64,000 bases of DNA, from NCBI GenBank assembly GCA_963693055.1, contig OY843751.1, forward strand, positions 1,056,001 through 1,120,000. Reading direction: 5' to 3'. Source of the DNA: a bacterium (GTDB taxonomy: Bacteria > Zhuqueibacterota > Zhuqueibacteria > Residuimicrobiales > Krinioviventaceae). This document shows, one piece after another, positions 1-8,341 of the stretch (positions are counted from its first letter, which is position 1; every line of letters starts with the position of its first letter). The notes below the pieces were generated by a model. It saw only the letters and a list, made by a program, of their open reading frames with translations. It searched no databases and was not told where the DNA came from. The translations under genes and the position numbers were made by a program.

Positions 1-538
1 ATATGTGCATGCATCGGCTGGATATCGTAACAGGTCAAAGAAATCCCATTGGAAACTGCAAAAAGCTTATGGAGGCGGGGCATTGATGGATATGGGGGTA
101 TACTGCATACAAGGCGCAAGATATACAATTCAGGAAGAGCCTGTTAGTGTTACCGCGCAGCAATTTACCTTTGATCCTGAACGTTATGATGAAGTGGATG
201 AAATGGTGACCATGCAATTTGAATTCCCTGGAGGTGCAGTTGCAAATTTAACCACAACATTTGCAGCCAGTACAAATACGCTTTACGCGGCCGCTGAAAA
301 AAAATGGTTCAGCATGAATCCTTTCTCGCTCTATAATGGATTAACCTTGCGTACACAGGATGGCCCGGTAAATCTGCCGGATATTAATCAGCAAGCCGCG
401 CAAATGGATGATGTGGCCTGGAGTATCGCAAAAAAACTGCCAATGCGGGTACCCGGTAAAGAGGGATTACAAGACATCAAGATTGTCACCGCTGTTAAAA
501 AAGCAATTAAAACCGGGAATAAAGTTGAAATATTGTAG
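1..538 (+). CDS. Gfo/Idh/MocA family oxidoreductase (glucose-fructose oxidoreductase-like), C-terminal part; 5' end lies outside the window
   Basis: YGGGALMDMGVYC motif and C-terminal GFO-like segment; the ORF runs from the window edge. Confidence 0.85.
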   Translation, partial: YVHASAGYRNRSKKSHWKLQKAYGGGALMDMGVYCIQGARYTIQEEPVSVTAQQFTFDPERYDEVDEMVTMQFEFPGGAVANLTTTFAASTNTLYAAAEKKWFSMNPFSLYNGLTLRTQDGPVNLPDINQQAAQMDDVAWSIAKKLPMRVPGKEGLQDIKIVTAVKKAIKTGNKVEIL

Positions 539-573
539 CTTTACTATTATTGATTAATCGAACAGGAGTTTGC

Positions 574-2388
574 ATGTCGGAACATATTATGATCAGTCTG
601 TCAAGTGTCATTATTCTGGGTATTGGCGCGCAATGGCTGGCATGGCGTTTAAAATTACCTTCAATATTATTTTTGCTCTTATTCGGCTTTATTGCTGGTC
701 CTATTACCGGGTTTCTGAATCCCGATGAATTGATGGGAGAGCTTTTACTGCCGGTAGTTTCAATTTCGGTTGCAGTGATTTTGTTTGAAGGGGGCCTGAC
801 ATTAAAACTCAACGAGTTGAAAGAGATTGGTCGACAGGTCATGACGCTTATTTTTGTGGGCGTTTTGGTTACCTGGGCAATTGCCGCTGTTTCCGCGCAT
901 TATATTTTGCATTTGAACTGGAATATTTCATTATTACTGGGATCTATTCTGGTTGTTACTGGCCCTACGGTTATTGGGCCTTTGCTGCGTCATATCCGCC
1001 CAACCCAAAAAGTAGGTAAAATATTAAAGTGGGAAGGTATTGTTATTGATCCCATTGGGGCTTTGCTTGCTGTACTGGTTTTTGAAGGTATATTGATTGG
1101 TGAAATGGGCAAGGCCGGCACGGTTGTCATGTTGAGCATTGGTAAAACTATAGTTTTTGGCAGTCTGATTGGCTTACTGGCGGCCGGATTGTTGGTCTTG
1201 TTTTTTAGACGGTTTTGGATACCCGATTTTTTGCAGGAGACTGTGACCTTGATGATGGTTGTAGCAGCGTTTGTGGCGTCTAATATGGTTCAGAAAGAAT
1301 CGGGATTATTTGCGGTTACCTTGATGGGCATAGCGCTTGATAATCAGAAATATGTTACGGTGAAACATATTGTAGAGTTTAAAGAAAATCTTAGAATCCT
1401 GGTAATCTCGGCCTTGTTCATATTGCTGGCAGCACGATTGAATTTGCAAGATTTTAAAGCTTGTAGTTATACCAGCTATATCTTTTTGGCGGTTATTGTT
1501 TTTATTGCTAGGCCGGTTTCGGTATTTTTGTCAACCATCAATTCCGGTTTGAATATTCGTGAAAAACTGTTCCTGTCGTGGATGGCCCCACGTGGAATTG
1601 TTGCTGCTGCCGTGGCTTCTATCTTTGCCCTGGAACTGACACATATTCATTTTCCACAGGCTGAATTTTTGGTGCCCATTACCTTTATGGTTATTGTGGG
1701 TACTGTAAGTATTTATGGGTTATCATCTTCTACGGTTGCCAGGCTGCTTGGGGTGTCGCAGCAAAATCCGCAAGGAGTGTTGTTTATTGGAGCGCACCAT
1801 TGGGCCAGGGCATTGGCTAAAATTTTACAGGAATATAATTTCCGGGTGGCCCTGGTTGATACAAACCGTTTTAATGTGAAAACCGCGAGAATGGAAGGTT
1901 TAAAAGTCTATCATGGTAATGTAATGTCTGAACATATTTTAGATGAAATGGAGCTGGAAGGGATTGGACGGATGGTTGCACTGACTTCAAATACCGAAGC
2001 GAATTCCATGGCTGCTATTCATTTTTCCGAATTATTTGACAAGGAAGAGTTGTATCAACTACCACCAGCACCGGAAACCAAGACGGATATTAATTCGTCC
2101 AAACATTTGCGTGGTAGATATTTATTTTCCAAAGATGCTTTTTACAATGCACTTAACACGCTATATATTAAAGGCTCTGTGATCAAGGCTACAAAGTTGA
2201 CCAAAGAATTTGATTTGCAAAATTTTTACAATTTATATCAGAACAAGGTCATTCCCTTGTTTTTGATAGTAGATGATAGACTTCGGGTGTTTACTGTTGA
2301 TACTGTGTTAGAGCCCAAACCAGACCAAATAATAATCGCCATGGTAGACCAAACTGTATTGCCATCCAACGCCAAGATGAAAGCTTGA
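574..2388 (+). CDS. NhaP-type (CPA1) cation:proton antiporter with C-terminal TrkA-N-like domain
   Basis: About 12 hydrophobic segments; motifs ILFEGG, TGPTV, EGIVIDPIG, APRGIVAA; soluble C-terminal domain. ATG 574 follows an AGGAG SD. Confidence 0.9.
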   Translation: MSEHIMISLSSVIILGIGAQWLAWRLKLPSILFLLLFGFIAGPITGFLNPDELMGELLLPVVSISVAVILFEGGLTLKLNELKEIGRQVMTLIFVGVLVTWAIAAVSAHYILHLNWNISLLLGSILVVTGPTVIGPLLRHIRPTQKVGKILKWEGIVIDPIGALLAVLVFEGILIGEMGKAGTVVMLSIGKTIVFGSLIGLLAAGLLVLFFRRFWIPDFLQETVTLMMVVAAFVASNMVQKESGLFAVTLMGIALDNQKYVTVKHIVEFKENLRILVISALFILLAARLNLQDFKACSYTSYIFLAVIVFIARPVSVFLSTINSGLNIREKLFLSWMAPRGIVAAAVASIFALELTHIHFPQAEFLVPITFMVIVGTVSIYGLSSSTVARLLGVSQQNPQGVLFIGAHHWARALAKILQEYNFRVALVDTNRFNVKTARMEGLKVYHGNVMSEHILDEMELEGIGRMVALTSNTEANSMAAIHFSELFDKEELYQLPPAPETKTDINSSKHLRGRYLFSKDAFYNALNTLYIKGSVIKATKLTKEFDLQNFYNLYQNKVIPLFLIVDDRLRVFTVDTVLEPKPDQIIIAMVDQTVLPSNAKMKA

Positions 2389-2478
2389 CAATAATAAAAA
2401 TAATATTTATTTTTTAAACTAGTGAACTCATCAGATCGATAGATGTGTGTCTGTCGAAATTAACTCAGGAGAAGAAAA

Positions 2479-3240
2479 ATGAAATTTCGCAGTTTTACTT
2501 TTGTAGTATTGGCACTACTTTTCATCTCTGTTACTTTTGTAGCAGCGCAAGAACAAGAACTCCCTGATCCCAAATTGACCGAAGTATGGGAACCGGTTCC
2601 CCCAATTGTTACACCTGGTGAAGGTACAGCTGCCCCATCAGATGCGATTGTTTTGTTTGATGGTACGGATTTTTCCAATTGGAAACATGCAGATGGAAAA
2701 CCTGTAAAATGGTTTCTGAATAAAGACCAAGGTTGCATGACCGTTGTTAAAAAGACCGGAACAATTGAAACAAAACAAGAATTTGGTGATATTCAACTTC
2801 ATATCGAATGGCGTACCCCTGCAATTCCTGTTGGTCGTGGACAGGGACGTGGCAATAGCGGCGTTTTCTTTCAAAAACGGTACGAGCTGCAAGTGCTGGA
2901 TTCATATCTGAACCAGACCTATTCAAATGGTCAGGCTGGTAGTATTTACAAGCAATCTATTCCATTGGTTAATGCCAGCAAAGGTCCCGGCGAATGGCAA
3001 ACTTATGATGCAATCTTTATTGCACCCCGTTTTAACGATGATGGCTCTTTAAAATCTCCGGGTTATATTACTGTATTGCATAATGGTGTATTGATTCAGA
3101 ACCATTTTGAAATTCAGGGTCCTACAGAATATCGTGGAAAACCGGAATATAAAGCACATCCCCTTAAACAAGGGATTATGCTGCAAGATCATGGGAATCC
3201 TACAAGTTTTAGAAATATCTGGGTAAGAGAATTGGATTAA
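2479..3240 (+). CDS. DUF1080 (3-keto-disaccharide hydrolase family) secreted protein
   Basis: Signal peptide; LFDG, GNSGVF, YELQVLDS, GEWQTYD, LQDHG and FRNIW motifs; SD CAGGAG. Confidence 0.9.
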   Translation: MKFRSFTFVVLALLFISVTFVAAQEQELPDPKLTEVWEPVPPIVTPGEGTAAPSDAIVLFDGTDFSNWKHADGKPVKWFLNKDQGCMTVVKKTGTIETKQEFGDIQLHIEWRTPAIPVGRGQGRGNSGVFFQKRYELQVLDSYLNQTYSNGQAGSIYKQSIPLVNASKGPGEWQTYDAIFIAPRFNDDGSLKSPGYITVLHNGVLIQNHFEIQGPTEYRGKPEYKAHPLKQGIMLQDHGNPTSFRNIWVRELD

Positions 3241-3248
3241 GATTTTTT

Positions 3249-3283
3249 TACAGGCCATCAAGCTTTTGGTGGCCTGTATTTTT
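3249..3283 (+). terminator. Intrinsic terminator
   Basis: TACAGGCCATCAA/TTGGTGGCCTGTA stem followed by a T-run after the DUF1080 gene. Confidence 0.8.
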
Positions 3284-3623
3284 GTGGGGCTGTTATGTAA
3301 ATTATTGTACAGATTGTAATTGTTAAGCCGATAATATTTTTCAATTCTTTATTGCAATAATTTAAATTTTTCCATAGTATATTAATATTTATTTCCAGTT
3401 TGTTGATGTATATCCAGTATCAAGGAAATTATACCACTTAATGGAACGCCACTAATGTTGCAACGGGACAATATTATTTCCGCTTGACAACTGAAAACTA
3501 TTGTGCTATTCGCAAATGTACATTGTTGAAATAGAATGTTTTTGGCGATAAATATGTTATATTAATAATATTGATTATTGAAATTATCCCGGATGAATTT
3601 AGGGATAATGATAAGGAGCGCTA

Positions 3624-4490
3624 GTGGATTTAAAAACGACGTTGTTCAGATATCGGTTATTGATTATCACTGTTTTGGGATTTTTTGTGCTGATTCTTGT
3701 ATCGATGCTGAACGAAATTCTGGATTTACCACACCTGCTTTTCAATCAGCCCGCAACGCCAATCAACAAGACCGAGTTTTTGTTAGAAACTTTTATGCTG
3801 CTATGCTTTGGATTTGTTATTAATGTCAGTGTTTTTATCTATTCTTATCGATATAATCGTTCCAAAGTTATGCTTATGCGGTCATTGGAAGAAAAGGAAT
3901 TTCTGCTCAAAGAGATCCATCACCGTGTCAAGAATAATCTGGCTCTGATTACCAGCATTATTAACCTGCAGGAACGATCTGTTGATGATGAGCAATTTAA
4001 AAATATTTTGCAGGACCTGAAAAGCAGAATAACTTCCATAACACTCATTCATAAAAAATTATATACATCCGATGATTTGAATACAACCCATGCTGAAACC
4101 TATTTCCGCGAACTGCTTGAAGAAGTAACACAGATATCTGACAAATCGATTGATATTCAAATGGATTTTGATGATATCCGCATCGATCAGAAAACGCTTA
4201 TTCCTTTGGCTATTGTAACTAGCGAGTTGGTGACCAATGCCATTAAATATGCCTTCCCGGATGAAACCCATCCGCAGATTCGCATGACTTTAAAAAATAG
4301 AAAAGAAAACCTTTTATTCAGCCTGGGGAACAATGGCGCTGGATTGCCGGAGGATTTTTCAATAGAAAATTATTCTTCATTGGGGCTAACACTGGTGAGG
4401 CTGCTGACCAGCCAGATTAATGGGGATTTGGAGATTGTTACTGAACCACACACTGAATTTAGGATAAGGTTCCCGGTGGATGGGGAGTGA
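3624..4490 (+). CDS. Membrane sensor histidine kinase, HisKA_2 family
   Basis: Two TM helices, LLKEIHHRVKNNL H-box, ELVTNAIKYAF N-box, SSLGL G-box; SD AAGGAG before GTG. Confidence 0.9.
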   Translation: MDLKTTLFRYRLLIITVLGFFVLILVSMLNEILDLPHLLFNQPATPINKTEFLLETFMLLCFGFVINVSVFIYSYRYNRSKVMLMRSLEEKEFLLKEIHHRVKNNLALITSIINLQERSVDDEQFKNILQDLKSRITSITLIHKKLYTSDDLNTTHAETYFRELLEEVTQISDKSIDIQMDFDDIRIDQKTLIPLAIVTSELVTNAIKYAFPDETHPQIRMTLKNRKENLLFSLGNNGAGLPEDFSIENYSSLGLTLVRLLTSQINGDLEIVTEPHTEFRIRFPVDGE

Positions 4491-4551
4491 AATTTTAATA
4501 TTTAATCAAAGAAAAGTTTTGACGTAACAAGCCAGGGGCAAATAAAAAGGG

Positions 4552-5604
4552 ATGGTTATGATGAAAACCTATATTTTTCGCAAGAGCATAATATTATTCG
4601 CAATTGCTGTATCTCCACTGTTTAACTGTTTTAATCATCAGGACCATCAGGTGACCAGGCCCGAGGTCCCCCGTTATGTGCTGACAGGTACAACAATTGA
4701 TTATACCACCGGACTGCCTTTGGCCAATGTCCCCTTGAAAATAACGGCAGGTATGTTGGTATATGATGTTCGGTTTAACAGCCAAACTCTGCAATCTGAC
4801 AGCAGCGGTTTTTTTTCAATTTCTCCGGTATATCCCGGTAATTATACATTGTACGCGCAAAAAAATGGCTGCTGGTTACAAGGCAGTAAGCTGGAGATAC
4901 AACATGAAGACCGTGATTTTGTATGTAAAGTACCAAATGTAGTTTATGGTCGTTTACATTCATCAAAATTATTTATTGATGATAAAACATTCCCAAATGC
5001 AAATGATTTTTATCGTAGCTTTACTATAAGCAGTTTAACTGGTATTTTCCCAATAAAGTTTTTAGAATATGATCTAAGCTGGTCATATTATTTTGCAAAT
5101 GTAACACTAAAAAACGGCTTGAATACATATTTGTCACATTTTAAGTCTGAAATACCATTAAAGGGAATATATCAATTGGCTATAGGTGGCGGGTATTGCT
5201 GGGGTTGTAAAAAACCGGATTCAATATTGGTGTTTGATCAATGGCAATATACGTTTTTGAATAAATATTCAACAGGTGTTTTTATTAAAGATATTGCCTA
5301 TAACGTGAATGATAAAAATTTATATGCCTGTACTGACTCTTTACTGTACCAGGTAGATGTGAAAACATACGCTATGAATGAAATAGCGGCATTACCCATA
5401 ACCGGTACAATCGCCATGACATGGAATGATAATTATCTTTATCTTTTGCAAGGCACGGAGGACCTTGTCTATAAACTTGACAATCGATTGCGAATCGTTG
5501 ATATTTTTGCCATAGTCGATCAGACAGACAACTTTCAATACACCCAATTGTATGATATGAATTTTGATGGATATAATAATTTGTGGATATCGGTTGAGGG
5601 GTAA
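4552..5604 (+). CDS. Putative lipoprotein: carboxypeptidase-regulatory-like domain plus probable beta-propeller (paralog 1)
   Basis: Hydrophobic N-terminus ending LFNC; GTTID-TG-PLANV...SDSSGFF...PGNYTL pattern; propeller-like strands in the C-terminal half. Confidence 0.65.
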   Translation: MVMMKTYIFRKSIILFAIAVSPLFNCFNHQDHQVTRPEVPRYVLTGTTIDYTTGLPLANVPLKITAGMLVYDVRFNSQTLQSDSSGFFSISPVYPGNYTLYAQKNGCWLQGSKLEIQHEDRDFVCKVPNVVYGRLHSSKLFIDDKTFPNANDFYRSFTISSLTGIFPIKFLEYDLSWSYYFANVTLKNGLNTYLSHFKSEIPLKGIYQLAIGGGYCWGCKKPDSILVFDQWQYTFLNKYSTGVFIKDIAYNVNDKNLYACTDSLLYQVDVKTYAMNEIAALPITGTIAMTWNDNYLYLLQGTEDLVYKLDNRLRIVDIFAIVDQTDNFQYTQLYDMNFDGYNNLWISVEG

Positions 5605-5780
5605 ACTTTATTCAAGTTTACGTTAATTAACTAGTCCGTTATATACGAACTGTTACTTTTCTCTATACTAAATTCAGAATCAAATTTTTGGATGAAAGGT
5701 GATATATTTTCATACAGATTCAATTTCATGTAAAAAGTTTTTATAAAAGATACTTGACTATTGTTTTTTTTTATTTTTTC

Positions 5781-6180
5781 TTGCCCTTGGATCGGGCGAA
5801 AAATAAGGGGTTAAAAATGAAAAAAATTAAAGTTCTTGGGATTTTTCTTTTATTTTCAGTAATTGTTTTTGGTGGCTTTCAGATTATTAATGTTTCACCT
5901 GCCTATGCTCTAGATAATCCATTTTGTGGTACTGGAATTTATGTCAGAGTGTAATCTATGATGTAGAATGTCAATCTTGTTGGTGCGAACAACTTGGTGG
6001 TGGTCATAGATATTGTTGGGTTTGTCAGTGTTATATTGAGGAAATCGAGTATACTTATATTTCACAGGAGTTAACTTGTGATTATGAGGAGCAATGGCAT
6101 CCCTGCTATGGTTATTAATTGTTAAAACTTAAATAGTCTAAACATACACTGTACAATAGTTTGATCTGATCCAGGGGCAA
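5781..6180 (+). repeat. Long-range inverted repeat enclosing peptide gene 1 (arms 5781-5800 and 6160-6180)
   Basis: TTGCCCTTGGATCGGGCGAA pairs with TTTGATCTGATCCAGGGGCAA: 20 bp including four G-U pairs and one bulge. Confidence 0.85.
5817..6118 (+). pseudogene. Secreted 10-Cys peptide 1, split by a 1-nt frameshift at ~5936 (pseudogene or sequence error)
   Basis: ATG 5817 after AAGGGG; signal peptide ends AYA. Adding one A in GGAATTT gives CGTGNLC, which matches CPVDNLC in the paralogs and joins the 5924-6118 frame. Confidence 0.85.
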
Positions 6181-6191
6181 ATAAAAAAGGG

Positions 6192-7241
6192 ATGGTTATG
6201 ATGAAAACCTATATTTTTCGCAAGAGCATAATATTATTCGCAATTGCTGTATCTCCACTGTTTAACTGTTTTAATCATCAGGACCATCAGGTGACCAGGC
6301 CCGAGGTCCCCCGTTATGTGCTGACAGGTACAACAATTGATTATACCACCGGACTGCCTTTGGCCAATGTCCCCTTGAAAATAACGGCAGGTATGTTGGT
6401 ATATGATGTTCGGTTTAACAGTCAAATCCTGCAATCTGACAGCAGCGGTTTTTTTTCAATTTCTCCGGTATATCCCGGTAATTATACATTGTACGCGCAA
6501 AAAAATGAGTGCTGGTTACAAGGTACCAGGTTAGAAATACAACATAATGACCGTGATTTTGTATGCAAAGTACCAAATGTGATTAATGCAAATCTACATC
6601 CAAGTCAAATTTATACAGGTTCTCATTTGTACCCTAATGCAAATGGATTTTATCGTTGTTTTACAATTACAAGTTTAACAGGTGTAATCCCAGTAAAGTT
6701 GATTAGTGCTGATAAAATTTCATATTATTTTGGTAAGGTTACATTAAAGAACGGCTTTGGAAAATATTCATCATTACATGAAACCAATTCTTCATTACAA
6801 AATATATATCAACTTGCACTTGGTGATGAAAAGTTTTGGGGTTGTAAAAAACCGGATTCAATATTGGTGTTTGATCAATGGCAATATACATTTTTAAACA
6901 AATATTCGACAAATGTTTTTATTAAAGATATTGCCTATAACGTGAATGATAAAAATTTATATGCCTGTACTGACTCTTTACTGTACCAGGTAGATGTAAA
7001 AACATACGCTATGAATGAAATAGCGGCATTACCCATAACCGGTACAATCGCCATGACATGGAATGATAATTATCTTTATCTTTTGCAAGGCACGGAGGAC
7101 CTTGTCTATAAACTTGACAATCGATTGCAAATCGTTGATATTTTTGCCATAGTCGATCAGACAGACAACTTTCAATACACCCAATTGTATGATATGAATT
7201 TTGATGGTTATAATAATTTGTGGATATCGGTTGAGGGGTAG
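6192..7241 (+). CDS. Putative lipoprotein: carboxypeptidase-regulatory-like domain plus probable beta-propeller (paralog 2)
   Basis: Paralog of 4552-5604; about 7 aa differences outside the central ~85 aa. Confidence 0.65.
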   Translation: MVMMKTYIFRKSIILFAIAVSPLFNCFNHQDHQVTRPEVPRYVLTGTTIDYTTGLPLANVPLKITAGMLVYDVRFNSQILQSDSSGFFSISPVYPGNYTLYAQKNECWLQGTRLEIQHNDRDFVCKVPNVINANLHPSQIYTGSHLYPNANGFYRCFTITSLTGVIPVKLISADKISYYFGKVTLKNGFGKYSSLHETNSSLQNIYQLALGDEKFWGCKKPDSILVFDQWQYTFLNKYSTNVFIKDIAYNVNDKNLYACTDSLLYQVDVKTYAMNEIAALPITGTIAMTWNDNYLYLLQGTEDLVYKLDNRLQIVDIFAIVDQTDNFQYTQLYDMNFDGYNNLWISVEG

Positions 7242-7312
7242 ATATAAATTTCTTACATTTTTTTAAATTCTTGTATTATTAATTGAAATTTGCTAAAAAT
7301 ATTAAAAATATC

Positions 7313-7341
7313 TTGACTTTTACGATAATATTTGCTAATTA
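7313..7341 (+). promoter_or_regulatory. Putative sigma70 promoter of peptide gene 2 (duplicated at 7885-7913 for gene 3)
   Basis: TTGACT-N17-TAAT(T/A)A with TG extension in both copies. The -10 is imperfect. It would place +1 at about the start of the 5' stem arm. Confidence 0.55.
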
Positions 7342-7740
7342 AATATCAATCCTTGGGTCGTACAAAACTAAAATTTCAAATAAAATCTTAGGGGATTTAT
7401 TATGAAAAAGATGAAAACTATTAGTCTGGTTCTATTAGTAGCTGTAGTTGTCTTTGGTGGGATTCATATAGTTAATATTGAAAGTGCAAACGCCAGGCCT
7501 GGTTGTCCAGTAGAGAATATGTGCCCTAGCTGGTCATATTGTAAGTCATGTTGGTGTTCTAGTGATGGTTTTACAAGTACCTGGATATGCGAATGTCAAA
7601 AGGCATCTGATTTAGACCATTTCTTTCAAGTAGCAGAAATTGTTCCAGAGTGTGATGAGGGGCCTTGCTATTACGATTGTCCTGAACCTCCAGGTGATGA
7701 TTAAAAATAAATAAAATTTGATGACCCAAGGATTGTATTT
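7341..7740 (+). repeat. Long-range inverted repeat enclosing peptide gene 2 (arms 7341-7366 and 7717-7740)
   Basis: AAATATCAATCCTTGGGTCGTACAAA pairs with TTTGATGACCCAAGGATTGTATTT: 24 bp, two single-nt bulges, one G-U. Confidence 0.92.
7402..7704 (+). CDS. Secreted 10-Cys peptide 2
   Basis: SD AGGGGA; Sec signal ending ANA; mature part has 10 Cys including CxxCWC and WICEC. Confidence 0.9.
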   Translation: MKKMKTISLVLLVAVVVFGGIHIVNIESANARPGCPVENMCPSWSYCKSCWCSSDGFTSTWICECQKASDLDHFFQVAEIVPECDEGPCYYDCPEPPGDD

Positions 7741-7911
7741 GTAAAACGGTAAAAATGGATTTATTTTTTAGTTAAGATTTCAAGTTGTTGCTCTCTTGTT
7801 TGGAAAAAGTTTGAAGATAGGTTAATATATTTAAATTTAAAAATAATTTTTTATAATATTTTTTTCGAACAAAAATAAAACATCTTGACTTTTGCGATAA
7901 TAATTGCTAAT

Positions 7912-8317
7912 AAGATATCAATTCTTGGGTCGTACAAAACTAAAATTTCAAATAAAATCTTAGGGGATTTATTATGAAAAAGATGAAAACTATTAGTCTT
8001 GTTCTATTAGTAGCTGTAGTTGTCTTTGGTGGGATTAATATAGTAAATGTTCAAAATGCAGATGCAAGTATTGGCTGTCCAGTAGATAATCTTTGTCCTA
8101 GTTGGGCACATTGTAATAAATGTTGGTGCTCAGATGATAGTGGTGGTGGTGCCAGTACATGGATCTGTGAATGTGAAAGTTTAAAATCTGGTAATAAATA
8201 TCCTGTCGCTGAAATTGAACCGGTATGTAATGAAGGGCCGTGTTATTGGACTTGCCCTGAACCTCCAGGTTGATGATTTAATATAAATAATATTTGATGA
8301 CCCAAGGATTTTATTTT
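7912..8317 (+). repeat. Long-range inverted repeat enclosing peptide gene 3 (arms 7912-7938 and 8293-8317)
   Basis: AATTCTTGGGTCGTACAAA pairs with TTTGATGACCCAAGGATT; the C>T change at 7923 leaves a U-G wobble. Confidence 0.9.
7974..8273 (+). CDS. Secreted 10-Cys peptide 3
   Basis: First 21 aa identical to peptide 2; signal ends ADA; same 10-Cys framework. Confidence 0.9.
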   Translation: MKKMKTISLVLLVAVVVFGGINIVNVQNADASIGCPVDNLCPSWAHCNKCWCSDDSGGGASTWICECESLKSGNKYPVAEIEPVCNEGPCYWTCPEPPG

Positions 8318-8341
8318 TTTGACAAAATTTTTTAAATTGGA

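Larger units (their letters stand above)
4532..7240 (+). repeat. Tandem gene duplication: 4532-5603 vs 6171-7240
   Basis: Near-identical DNA from CCAGGGGCAAATAAAAA to GAGGGGTA, except a divergent centre (4942-5199 vs 6582-6836). Confidence 0.95.

Noticed and set aside
5754-6118. Two independent ORFs 5754-5954 and 5924-6118 as listed
   Set aside because: Better explained as one frameshifted gene from ATG 5817; the TTG at 5754 is part of a TTGACT -35-like box.
4942-6836. Diversity-generating retroelement TR/VR pair
   Set aside because: Differences are not adenine-specific, include an indel and many synonymous changes, and no reverse transcriptase is in the window.
5817-8273. Ranthipeptide/sactipeptide/lanthipeptide RiPP precursors
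   Set aside because: Leaders are Sec signals with AxA sites, and no radical SAM, Lan enzyme or peptidase-ABC exporter is nearby.
5781-8317. IS/MITE terminal inverted repeats or integron attC sites
   Set aside because: No transposase, integrase or evident target duplications; no RYYYAAC/GTTRRRY ends; arms differ between genes while pairing is kept with strand-specific G-U.
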